Assembly: GCA_043785305.1 (NCBI GenBank)
Contig: JAYVXI010000234.1
Location: 8,008-72,007, forward strand
Origin: Limnoglobus sp.
GTDB lineage: Bacteria > Planctomycetota > Planctomycetia > Gemmatales > Gemmataceae
Direction of reading: 5' to 3'
DNA: 64,000 nt
Both the position numbers and the translations under genes were made by a program. The notes below the pieces were generated by a model, which did no database searches, was not told the origin of the DNA, and saw only the letters and a program-made list of their open reading frames with translations. This document shows, piece by piece, positions 9,620 to 18,163 of this stretch (within the stretch, counting starts at the first letter, position 1; each line of letters begins with the position of its first letter).

Positions 9620-10351
9620 ATGTTGCTCGTCGAAAATTTGTTTAAGACGTATCGCCGAAATGTGGATGTGGTCAAGGTGCTCAGTGGTGTGAATCTCACC
9701 GTGGAAGACGGCGAGTTCCTGAGCATCGTCGGCGCGTCTGGCTCCGGCAAAAGCACGTTGCTGCACCTGATGGGCACGCTCGATACGCCCGATTCCGGGT
9801 CGATTTACCTCGATGGACGGCGGATCGATCAGTTGTCGAACACGCAACGCGACATCCTGCGTAACCGCACGTTTGGCTACGTGTTTCAGTTCTACCACTT
9901 GCTGCCAGAACTGTCGGCGTACGAAAACGTGCTGATGCCCGCATTCATTCGCGAATCGACACTCGGCTGGTTGAAGACGCGCCGCCAGTGGCGGAAACGC
10001 GCCGATGAGCTTTTCGAGCGAGTCGGACTATCGCACCGTAAGACGCACAAGCCACGCGAAATGTCGGGCGGGGAAATGCAACGTGCCGCGATCGCGCGTT
10101 CGTTGCTCCAGAATCCGCGTGTGCTTCTCGCCGACGAACCGACGGGCAACCTCGACTCGCAGAACGGCGAGCAGATCGTGCAACTGTTGCGTAACTTAAA
10201 CAAAGACGACGGCGTGAGCATCGTCATGGTCACGCATAACCTCGATATTGTGAAGGCAACGGATCGCGTCGTGAAGCTCGTCGGTGGGCGTGTGGCGGAG
10301 GAACCGGCCGAACGGCTGTTCCCACCCCGATTGCTGTCGGCGGTCGGTTGA
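9620..10351 (+). CDS. ABC transporter ATP-binding protein, LolD/MacB-type
   Basis: Walker A GASGSGKST, signature SGGEMQR, Walker B LLADEPTGNLD. Follows the permease by 30 nt. Confidence 0.88.
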   Translation: MLLVENLFKTYRRNVDVVKVLSGVNLTVEDGEFLSIVGASGSGKSTLLHLMGTLDTPDSGSIYLDGRRIDQLSNTQRDILRNRTFGYVFQFYHLLPELSAYENVLMPAFIRESTLGWLKTRRQWRKRADELFERVGLSHRKTHKPREMSGGEMQRAAIARSLLQNPRVLLADEPTGNLDSQNGEQIVQLLRNLNKDDGVSIVMVTHNLDIVKATDRVVKLVGGRVAEEPAERLFPPRLLSAVG

Positions 10352-10417
10352 GTATCATTCGCGTATGACGTTGTCTCTGGGGAACGGTGTTCCCCTTTTT
10401 TCGTTTGGGGAGTCGGC

Positions 10418-11272
10418 ATGTCCACCCGCGTTTGGATCAACGGTACTTTCTTCGACAAGCACGATGCAAAAATCAGCGTTTACGACCACGGCTTGCTCTA
10501 CGGCGATGGCGTGTTTGAAGGGATCCGGATCTACGCGGGCAAGGTGTTCAAGCACGCGGAGCATATCGACCGGCTGTTCGATTCGGCCAAGTCCATCGCG
10601 TTAAAGATCCCGCTGACGCCTGCGGAGGTGATCGCGGCAGTCGAAGCGACGGTAGCGGAAAACAAAAAGGTCGATGGCTACATTCGCCTCATCGTCACGC
10701 GCGGCCCCGGTACGCTCGGGTTGGACCCACGTAAGTGCGAACCGCAGATCATCGTCATCGTCGACGACATTTCGCTTTACCCGAAAGAGCTTTACGAAAA
10801 CGGCCTTGAGATCATCACCGCGAGCACGATTCGCAACCACCCGAACGCGGTGAATCCTCGAGTGAAGTCGTTGAATTACCTGAACAACATCATGGCGAAG
10901 ATCGAGGCGATTCGTGCGGGTTGCCTCGAAGCGATCATGTTGAACCACAACGGCGAAGTCGCCGAGTGTACGGGCGACAACCTGTTCATCGTGAAAAAAG
11001 GCGTGCTGAAAACGCCGCCGATCGATGCGGGGATTCTCGAAGGCATCACGCGCAACTTCGTCATCGGCTTGGCAAAACAGCTCGATATCCCGTTTCAGGA
11101 AGCCTCGTTGACGCGGCACGATGTGTACATCGCCGACGAACTGTTCCTCACTGGCACCGCCGCCGAAGTGATTTCGGTAACCAAAGTCGACGACCGCATC
11201 ATCGGTACCGGCAAACAAGGGCCGATTACCCGTCAACTTCGCGAACGTTTCCAGAAGCTCGTTCGCGAGTAG
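10418..11272 (+). CDS. ilvE: Branched-chain amino acid aminotransferase (class IV)
   Basis: VYDHGLLYGDGVFEGIR, YIRLIVTRG and LEGITR are motifs typical of IlvE. 284 aa. Confidence 0.88.
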   Translation: MSTRVWINGTFFDKHDAKISVYDHGLLYGDGVFEGIRIYAGKVFKHAEHIDRLFDSAKSIALKIPLTPAEVIAAVEATVAENKKVDGYIRLIVTRGPGTLGLDPRKCEPQIIVIVDDISLYPKELYENGLEIITASTIRNHPNAVNPRVKSLNYLNNIMAKIEAIRAGCLEAIMLNHNGEVAECTGDNLFIVKKGVLKTPPIDAGILEGITRNFVIGLAKQLDIPFQEASLTRHDVYIADELFLTGTAAEVISVTKVDDRIIGTGKQGPITRQLRERFQKLVRE

Positions 11273-11292
11273 TTTGAGGGTCAGCGCGTGTG

Positions 11293-11341
11293 GCACGCGC
11301 GGCTCGCGTGTGATGTGTGATGACCCGCACGCGAGCCGCGT
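11293..11341. terminator. Hairpin between the convergent ilvE and hydrolase genes (13-bp perfect stem cgcggctcgcgtg / cacgcgagccgcg)
   Basis: Stem arms at 11297-11309 and 11327-11339. The same core sequence forms the hairpin at 40328-40373. No clear U-tract. Confidence 0.45.
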
Positions 11342-11349
11342 GCTCCACT

Positions 11350-12213
11350 TCATGTGGTCTGGGCGAACTCGCGCAAGATCGATGCGACCTCTGCGGGCAC
11401 GGTGCGGTGGATTTGGTGTCCGATGCCTGCGAACTGCCGGTGCTGGTAAACGCGGAGGCTGCGACGCGCGGTTGCGACATCCTCGTCGGCGAACGCTCCG
11501 CCGACAGATGGGTCGCCTTGCAAGAGTAGCGTCGGGCATCTTACGGATTGCCAAAGTTCTGCATGATCGTACCCTTCGAGCCACCGACCCGCCGCGAGTG
11601 GCACGAACACTTCGGGATCGACGCGCATGAGGAAATCCGCACTCACTTGCAGCGAGGCGCGATCGCGGATCTCACCGAATCGCTTCACCCCTTGCACCGT
11701 AGGAATCCGAATGTCGGCGAGGGCGTCGGTCAATTCCTCGAGGCTTCCACCGCGTAGCGCCACCTCGCGCATCCCTGCGAACTGAGCTTGATACGGCGTT
11801 GTGCCGATGCGGTCGCCCATCGTGTGAAATGGCGGATCTTCCAACACCACACGCTCGACAAGCGGCGCACATTCGGCCGCCACGGAAAGTGCAACCATCG
11901 CGCCGAGCGAGTGCCCCATCACAGTGATAGGTGTCGAAAACGTGCCACGAACGAACGCCATCGCATCCCGCGCATAGTCGGCGACGAGGTACGACCCCGG
12001 CACTCGCCCCGATGCGCCGTGCCCCCGAAAGTCGAGTATCACGACATGCCATTGATCGAGTAATTCGGGCAAGAGCGGTTGCCAATCGCGACCATCGCGC
12101 GCCACGCCGTGCAACAGTAACAGCGTCGGTTGGGGCGAAGGAAATTCCACGTAATGCAGATCGGGCGGCCCTCGAAAAACTCGCTCGATAGGCGAACGGA
12201 TCGACTCGCTCAT
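11350..12213 (-). CDS. Alpha/beta-fold hydrolase
   Basis: LLLLHG and the nucleophile elbow GHSLGA. The start overlaps the upstream stop as ATGA (12210-12213). Confidence 0.8.
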   Translation of the reverse strand: MSESIRSPIERVFRGPPDLHYVEFPSPQPTLLLLHGVARDGRDWQPLLPELLDQWHVVILDFRGHGASGRVPGSYLVADYARDAMAFVRGTFSTPITVMGHSLGAMVALSVAAECAPLVERVVLEDPPFHTMGDRIGTTPYQAQFAGMREVALRGGSLEELTDALADIRIPTVQGVKRFGEIRDRASLQVSADFLMRVDPEVFVPLAAGRWLEGYDHAELWQSVRCPTLLLQGDPSVGGAFADEDVATARRSLRVYQHRQFAGIGHQIHRTVPAEVASILREFAQTT

Positions 12214-13496
12214 TTCTCGCTCTTCACGAGGGTCGGGAACGGTTTCGCAAGTTGCCCCGCCTTCACGATCCCGCCCTGCATCACCGCGATGAACTTCGTA
12301 CGGTCTTCGAGGATTGCGATGTCTTCGATAACGTCCCCATCCACTACGAGGACATCGGCGAGCTTACCCTTTTCCAACGTGCCGAACTCGGCACCGCGGC
12401 CCATGATTTCCGCGCCCGTCTTCGTCGCGCAGGTTATCACTTCCAACGGAGTCAGGCCGACATCTTTCACGAAGAACGTCAGCTCGCGTGCATAATCGCC
12501 GTGTGGGTTCCAGCCGAAGCCGTAATCGCCACCCATCCCCAGGCGACCACCGGCGCGGAGGATGCGGCGGGCGCTCTCCGCCCCCGCTTCCAGCGTCTCC
12601 TTGTGGCCGTCGATCACTCGTTGCGACAGGCCGAACTCCTTACCGCGTTCGACGCTCGCTTTCTCGAAATAGAGTGCTGGCACGCACGGCACATCGCGTT
12701 CCAACAAGAGTTCCAGGCCTTCGTCGTCGATGAACGTCCCGTGCTCGATGGCGTCGTACCCGGCTCGAAGCGCATTCTTGATCCCCTCGGTGGCGCGGCA
12801 GTGGCCGGTGACTTTGAGCTTATGGTTGTGTGCGGTGGCCACCACGGCGTGCATTTCGTCGAACGTCATGCACAACGTGTGGTGATCGTTGGCGTCGGGT
12901 GAGGCCGCATCGCCAGTCGGGTAAGTCTTCACCCATTCGATGCCATCCTTCACCAACGCGCGAACCGCTCGCCGTGCGTCGTCTGCGCCGTTGACGATGA
13001 ACACCAAGCCTTCCATGCCGATCTTGCGGAACTCGGGGTTCCAGTCCATCAGCCCGCCGGCGGAACAGATCTCGCGCCCGCTCGTAGCCAAGCGCGGCCC
13101 CGGGATGAGGTCTTCTTCGATCGCCTTTTTGAGCCAGACATCGACGTTGAACAAACAGCCTCCCGAGCGAGCCGCTGTGTAGCCGCATTCGAGTGCAAGC
13201 CGCGCGTTGACCGACGAAAGCAGCGAGACGTACTCGACGGGGTACTTGATGTCCAAATCTTCGAGCGCCGCAATATTGAAGTACGTGGCATGGAAGTGCG
13301 CCTCGACGAGGCCGGGTAGGATCGTCCCGCCACGGGCATCGATCCGCTCCGCGTTTGGGGGCAACGGCGGCGCAGCCACTGCCGATCCGGCGTAGGCGAT
13401 GCGACCATCGGTGACGATGAGCAGCCCATCCCGGATCGGTGCGGCTCCCGTCCCATCGATCAATCGCCCGTTGAATATCGCGGCAGTCCCGGTCAT
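12210..13496 (-). CDS. Metal-dependent amidohydrolase family protein
   Basis: Start chosen at MTGTAAIFNGRLIDGTG (ATG 13496). Motifs GLVEAHFH (HxH), EHGTF, KGKLADVLVVDGD. The 699-aa ORF extension upstream is R/P-rich and lies antisense to the next gene. Confidence 0.82.
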   Translation of the reverse strand: MTGTAAIFNGRLIDGTGAAPIRDGLLIVTDGRIAYAGSAVAAPPLPPNAERIDARGGTILPGLVEAHFHATYFNIAALEDLDIKYPVEYVSLLSSVNARLALECGYTAARSGGCLFNVDVWLKKAIEEDLIPGPRLATSGREICSAGGLMDWNPEFRKIGMEGLVFIVNGADDARRAVRALVKDGIEWVKTYPTGDAASPDANDHHTLCMTFDEMHAVVATAHNHKLKVTGHCRATEGIKNALRAGYDAIEHGTFIDDEGLELLLERDVPCVPALYFEKASVERGKEFGLSQRVIDGHKETLEAGAESARRILRAGGRLGMGGDYGFGWNPHGDYARELTFFVKDVGLTPLEVITCATKTGAEIMGRGAEFGTLEKGKLADVLVVDGDVIEDIAILEDRTKFIAVMQGGIVKAGQLAKPFPTLVKSEK

Positions 13497-13580
13497 CAGT
13501 TTCACGGAAGCAATCCTCGTCGGTCGGTGAGAATGTCTTTTTTGTAGCCGAAGTCGCGAGATTTCAATGGTTGTTGAGAA

Positions 13581-13605
13581 TGGCACGTAAAAAACGTGCC
13601 CCACG
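13581..13605. promoter_or_regulatory. Second exact copy of the 25-nt motif tggcacgtaaaaaacgtgccccacg
   Basis: Identical to 4282-4306. Sits in the divergent intergenic region, 85 nt upstream of the amidohydrolase start and 48 nt upstream of the LarE-like start. Confidence 0.45.
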
Positions 13606-13652
13606 TTGAGGGTACGATTTTCGTGCGTTTGAGTTCCGCTACAATACACCCC

Positions 13653-14513
13653 ATGATGACTGTGGAATCCGACATCGTTCTGAAACGCGACGTGCTGCTG
13701 GCGATCCTTCGGCGGTTGCCGGGGGTGGCGGTGGCGTTTAGTGGGGGCGTCGATAGTGCCGTCGTTGCGAAGGCGGCGTTCGTGGCGCTCGGCGATGCGG
13801 CGATTGCGGTGACGGCGGATAGTGCGAGTGTGCCACGGAGCGAGTTGATGGCGGCGATCCAGTTGGCGAAACTCATCGGCATTCGGCACGAAGTCGTTCG
13901 CACCGATGAATTCGCGAACCCCGACTACATCAAGAACGATGGTAGCCGATGTTATCACTGCAAAACCGAACTGTATTCGCGAATCGATGCGATCCTGCCA
14001 ACGCTCGGCGTAACGGTTATGTGTAGCGGGGCGAACCTCGACGATGCGGGGGATTATCGGCCGGGGCTGCGTGCGGCGGCGGAACATTCGGTGCGACACC
14101 CGCTGCAAGAAGCGGGGTTCACGAAAGCCGATGTGCGGGCGCTCGCGAAACTCTGGGAGTTGCCCGCGTGGGACAAACCGGCCGCGCCGTGTCTCTCGAG
14201 CCGGATTGCGCCGGGGCTGGCGGCAACGGCGGAACGCACGCTGCGGGTCGAGCGCGGCGAGGAATATCTGAAGTCGCTCGGGTTGCGCATCTGTCGGGTG
14301 CGTTATCATGAAGGCGACATCGCACGGATCGAAGTTCCACCGGCGGACATCGCCCGGCTCAGTATCGAGCCGATTCGTGGCGAGTTGAGCCGCAACTTCC
14401 GCGAGATCGGCTTTCAGTTCGTGACGATCGACCTCGAAGGTTTCCGCTCGGGTAGTTTGAACGACTTAATTTCCATCGATGTGAAAGTCCGCTACGGAGC
14501 ATCGCGATCATGA
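13653..14513 (+). CDS. PP-loop ATP pyrophosphatase, LarE-like sulfur transferase family
   Basis: PP-loop AFSGGVDS, plus CYHCK and PCLSSRI cysteines. Start taken at MMTVESD (13653). Confidence 0.75.
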   Translation: MMTVESDIVLKRDVLLAILRRLPGVAVAFSGGVDSAVVAKAAFVALGDAAIAVTADSASVPRSELMAAIQLAKLIGIRHEVVRTDEFANPDYIKNDGSRCYHCKTELYSRIDAILPTLGVTVMCSGANLDDAGDYRPGLRAAAEHSVRHPLQEAGFTKADVRALAKLWELPAWDKPAAPCLSSRIAPGLAATAERTLRVERGEEYLKSLGLRICRVRYHEGDIARIEVPPADIARLSIEPIRGELSRNFREIGFQFVTIDLEGFRSGSLNDLISIDVKVRYGASRS

Positions 14514-14767
14514 CCCCGCTCGCCGCGAACGTTGCCCTCGATCAATTTTTTCTCGAAGCGCGCTGTCAGTTACTCACCTTGGCCGCGATCCTCGATCGGA
14601 TCGACCGCGGCAGCGGTGCGGACAAGGCGAACAGCGACCCACGAACGCAGCGAATTCATGCGGCAGTTGCGCTGTTATCGAGTGGAAATCTCGATCGGGC
14701 CGCGCAGATTCAACGTCTGTTTTCGCTCGATTACGACCCCGAATGGAAACGTCCGGAGCCACGATAA
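14510..14767 (+). CDS. Small hypothetical protein (85 aa), translationally coupled to the LarE-like gene
   Basis: ATGA overlap at 14510-14513. Balanced, non-repetitive composition. No family recognised. Confidence 0.5.
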   Translation: MTPLAANVALDQFFLEARCQLLTLAAILDRIDRGSGADKANSDPRTQRIHAAVALLSSGNLDRAAQIQRLFSLDYDPEWKRPEPR

Positions 14768-14889
14768 TAGTCGATATTCCGCCACAAGATCGACATTCGT
14801 GCATGAAACCCCTGCACGCAGCACGCCAGACTTGTAAACTTCCCTGAATATATATCGGTCATCGCACGGAAACTTGAGGGTTGACATCC

Positions 14890-16218
14890 ATGCCGATCAA
14901 AGTCACCTGCAACAATTGCGGCGGCGTATTGCACGCGCCGGATGACTCTGCGGGCAAAAAGGGCCGCTGTCCGACGTGCGGCACGGTCCTCACGATCAAC
15001 GCCGATATGCCGAACCCAGCGGCGTCATCGGTGTTCGGTGCGCCGATGGGAGGCGCGGATAATTCGGACAAGGCCAATCGGCCGTTGCCGTTCCCACCAG
15101 TGGGTGGGCCGTGGACGGGGACGCCGCCCGTGTTTGGGAAAGAGAACGCGACACAACCGGGGCCGAAACCAGCGTTTCCGCCGGCGTCAAACGGGCCGCG
15201 TTCGTCGTACGACATCGCGGGGATGCCGGAAGCCGAGCCGATTCGACCGGTACCCGGCACGCCACCGAACACGCACAGCAGCCGCGTGCCCCCCGACCCG
15301 CGTAAGTATTCCGAGCCGATGGCGAAGCCTGGTCGGCCTGCCACGGCGAAGAAAACCGAATCCGATGACACGCGATGGAACCGCGTTCGCAAGGGACTCG
15401 GTTGGGTGCAGTTCGCCGGACTGTTCGCATTCCTGGCGGTCGTCGGTGCGACGCTGATCCCGATCCTCGCGCAGTTCGGCGTAAATCTTCCCGATAAAAC
15501 GCCAGGCTATCTCGCGATGGATACCGTTTCGAGCACGACGGAAATCGGCGTCGGTGCCGTGCTGATTCCCGTCGTGTTAGCATTATTCTGCTTGTTGATC
15601 GGGCGGATGGGTGTCTCGGCGGCCCCGAGCTCGTCGTATGCACGCGGCCCCGCACTCGCTTCGTCGTTGGCGACGCTCGTCGCGGTCGGCGGGGCGATTG
15701 CCCTGCTCGCGATCACCGGCCTCGGCGTCAAAGATGGCTTCGTGCCGAAATTCCAGCCGTCGCCGATCGTCGGTGCGAATCTTCAAACGAAACTCTACGA
15801 CCTCACGCAGACGAATCTGTTACAAACCGACGGCATCACCGGGGTGATCCAGAGGTTCGGCCTCGCCGCGTTCCTGGCGTTCGGCCTGATCGCGGAAATC
15901 TGGTTCTTCGCATCACTCGGGCGGATCGCTGTATACCTCAAGAGTGCGACCGCGAGCGCCCGCATCAACTGCGTGCTGATCCTCAAAGGTACGCTGTTCG
16001 CGCTTGCGGTTCTCGCCTGTGTGGCCACCCAGATTTACGGCGATTGGATCAATGCGAACATCTGGTCGAAGTGGAACGGCCTCGACGCCAAGACGCAGGC
16101 GATTGCGGTCCCCGGCATCGTGCTGTTCGTCGGCTTCGCGATCTTCGCGATTCACACGCGAATGGTCGGCGGCGTCAAACGCGCCATCCGCGAACACGTC
16201 GATCCGGCTAGTATTTAA
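14890..16218 (+). CDS. Zinc-ribbon / proline-rich / polytopic membrane protein
   Basis: MPIKVTCNNCGGVLHAPDDSAGKKGRCPTCG, then a P-rich linker and at least six hydrophobic segments. ATG 14890 is preferred over TTG 14881. Confidence 0.65.
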   Translation: MPIKVTCNNCGGVLHAPDDSAGKKGRCPTCGTVLTINADMPNPAASSVFGAPMGGADNSDKANRPLPFPPVGGPWTGTPPVFGKENATQPGPKPAFPPASNGPRSSYDIAGMPEAEPIRPVPGTPPNTHSSRVPPDPRKYSEPMAKPGRPATAKKTESDDTRWNRVRKGLGWVQFAGLFAFLAVVGATLIPILAQFGVNLPDKTPGYLAMDTVSSTTEIGVGAVLIPVVLALFCLLIGRMGVSAAPSSSYARGPALASSLATLVAVGGAIALLAITGLGVKDGFVPKFQPSPIVGANLQTKLYDLTQTNLLQTDGITGVIQRFGLAAFLAFGLIAEIWFFASLGRIAVYLKSATASARINCVLILKGTLFALAVLACVATQIYGDWINANIWSKWNGLDAKTQAIAVPGIVLFVGFAIFAIHTRMVGGVKRAIREHVDPASI

Positions 16219-16225
16219 GCACTCA

Positions 16226-16282
16226 CGAGCCGCCGGGTTCATCCCGGCGGGAGACTCCCACCGGGATGAACCCGGTGGCTCG
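16226..16282. repeat. Near-perfect 57-nt palindrome (possible terminator or RNA-stabilising hairpin)
   Basis: cgagccgccgggttcatcccgg (16226-16247) pairs with ccgggatgaacccggtggctcg (16261-16282) at 21/22 positions. The central gggag-a-ctccc also pairs. No U-tract follows. Confidence 0.6.
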
Positions 16283-16306
16283 TCGACTACCGCACGAGCC
16301 TCACGC

Positions 16307-17443
16307 ATGACTTCGATTTGCCGCACATTCATCATCGTAGGTTTGCTCGCGGTCCCACACATCGCGTTCGCGCAGGCGAAGCCCGATGCTTCGACGGACT
16401 TGTTCAAGCCGGTCGGGCCGGTGCCGGTGTTCAAAATTGCTGTAGACGCGGACAATCTGAAACTGTTGGCAAAAGAGCCTAGAAAGTACTTCCGCGCGAC
16501 GATCCGCGTCGGCGACCAGAGCTACGCCGATGTCGGTTTGCACCTCAAGGGGGCGGCCGGTTCGTGGCGCGAATGGAACGATAAACCGGGCCTGACGTTG
16601 AACTTCAACAAGTTCACGAAGGGGCAACTCTTTCGTAGCGTCGACAAGTTGAACCTCAACAATTCGGTTCAAGACGCTAGCTACATGAACGAACTTTTGG
16701 CGAACGAACTCGCGCTCGCGATGGGCGTTCCCGCCTGCCGTTGTACGCACGCGCTCGTCGAACTGAACGGACGCAAAGCAGAGTTGTACGTGCTGAAAGA
16801 GGGCTTCGACAAAACCTTCCTGCGTCGGCATTTCGAGAACCCCAACGGCAACCTCTACGATGGCGGTTTCCTCACCGATATCAACGGCGACTTGAAGCTC
16901 GATTGTGGTACCGACAACGGCCGCAAAGACCTCAAGGAACTCGTCAAGGCGTGCAACGAGGGCGACGCGAACAAGCGATACGCCCTCATGGAAAAGCTCG
17001 TCGACGTCGATAAGTTCGCCTCGAATGCCGCACTGCAAATGATCACCGCCGACTGGGATGGCTACATCCGCAAGCCGAACAACTACCGCATCTATTTCGA
17101 TCCGAAATCGGGCAAAGCCGTGGTCATTCCGCACGGCATGGACCAGATGTGGCAGAACCCCGGCGAAGGACTCTGGCACGGCTGGGGCGGCATGATCGCC
17201 CGCGCGATCATGGATCACCCCGAGGGGAAGAAGAAGGTCATCGCAAAACTGAAGGAACTCACCGAGAAGCATTTCACCATCGAGAAGATGCACAAGCGGA
17301 TCGACGAGCTACTCCCACGAGCCAAAGTCGCGATGGCGACTATCAACAAAGATTGGGCGCTCGAAGGCCAGATGAAGGCACTCAAGGAACGCATCAAGCA
17401 ACGGGTGGAATTTCTCAAAGTGGAACTGCCGAAGCTGAAGTAA
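16307..17443 (+). CDS. CotH family protein (secreted CotH-type kinase fold)
   Basis: Signal peptide MTSICRTFIIVGLLAVPHIAFA. CotH-like blocks: LKGAAGSWREWNDKPGLTLNFNKF, ASYMNELLANELALAMGVPA, LYVLKEGFDKTFL, GNLYDG. Confidence 0.78.
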   Translation: MTSICRTFIIVGLLAVPHIAFAQAKPDASTDLFKPVGPVPVFKIAVDADNLKLLAKEPRKYFRATIRVGDQSYADVGLHLKGAAGSWREWNDKPGLTLNFNKFTKGQLFRSVDKLNLNNSVQDASYMNELLANELALAMGVPACRCTHALVELNGRKAELYVLKEGFDKTFLRRHFENPNGNLYDGGFLTDINGDLKLDCGTDNGRKDLKELVKACNEGDANKRYALMEKLVDVDKFASNAALQMITADWDGYIRKPNNYRIYFDPKSGKAVVIPHGMDQMWQNPGEGLWHGWGGMIARAIMDHPEGKKKVIAKLKELTEKHFTIEKMHKRIDELLPRAKVAMATINKDWALEGQMKALKERIKQRVEFLKVELPKLK

Positions 17444-17467
17444 TCGCCAACCTCTCCAGCGAGAACA

Positions 17468-18088
17468 ATGGTCATGTCAATCACCTTCTCCTGCGGTTGC
17501 GGTCGATCCTTGAAGGTCGGCGACGAACTGGCGGGGAAGCGCGTCCGCTGCCCCGCGTGCAATAAAGCCGCCGAGGTGCCACCCGCCGATGACGGGGGCT
17601 TTGAAGTCGTCGACGACGAACCGCCGAAACCCGTCCGTGCGACGGTTGCAAAGGCGGTTCCCGCGAAAGCCAAGCCGCCCGACGATGATTTTGAACTGGT
17701 CGACGACGACGAAGAAGAAGTGAAACCGAAAAAGAAAAAACGGCGCGATGAGGATGAGGACGAGCGGCCCGCAAAACGAACGAGCCAGAAGTCGAAGCGA
17801 TTCGACGATGACGACGACGAGGAAGACGATCGACCCCGCAAAAAGAAACGGAAGTCGCAACCGGCCGAGGCGTCTGGCGGTAAGCGGTTACTTTACATCT
17901 TCGGTGGTATCGCCATAATTATCGCCGGTGTGGTCGTCGCTTACTTCTCTTCGCAAAGTGAAGGCAGGCGGGTTGGTCGTGGCATCGGCCTGGGTGTCGT
18001 GCTCGCGATCGGCGGTTGCATCGGCATTTACCGAGGCGCTACGGGCGAGATCGGTGGCGATGAGGAAGATGATGATGACGATGACTGA
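17468..18088 (+). CDS. Zinc-ribbon protein with highly charged linker and two C-terminal TM helices
   Basis: FSCGCGRSLKVGDELAGKRVRCPACN, then a K/D/E-rich tract, then LLYIFGGIAIIIAGVVVAYF and GLGVVLAIGGCIGIY. Ends in EEDDDDDD. Confidence 0.6.
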   Translation: MVMSITFSCGCGRSLKVGDELAGKRVRCPACNKAAEVPPADDGGFEVVDDEPPKPVRATVAKAVPAKAKPPDDDFELVDDDEEEVKPKKKKRRDEDEDERPAKRTSQKSKRFDDDDDEEDDRPRKKKRKSQPAEASGGKRLLYIFGGIAIIIAGVVVAYFSSQSEGRRVGRGIGLGVVLAIGGCIGIYRGATGEIGGDEEDDDDDD

Positions 18089-18163
18089 GCCGCGAACGTA
18101 AACTGATAATACATGAGGGCGATTGCCCACGAAATTTCACCGTCCGCTCCGGAGTCCGCACGC

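Noticed and set aside
12210-14309. 699-aa ORF in the track
   Set aside because: Only the C-terminal 428 aa (from ATG 13496) look like an amidohydrolase. The N-terminal 271 codons are R/P-rich, overlap the well-supported LarE-like gene on the other strand and span the intergenic motif.
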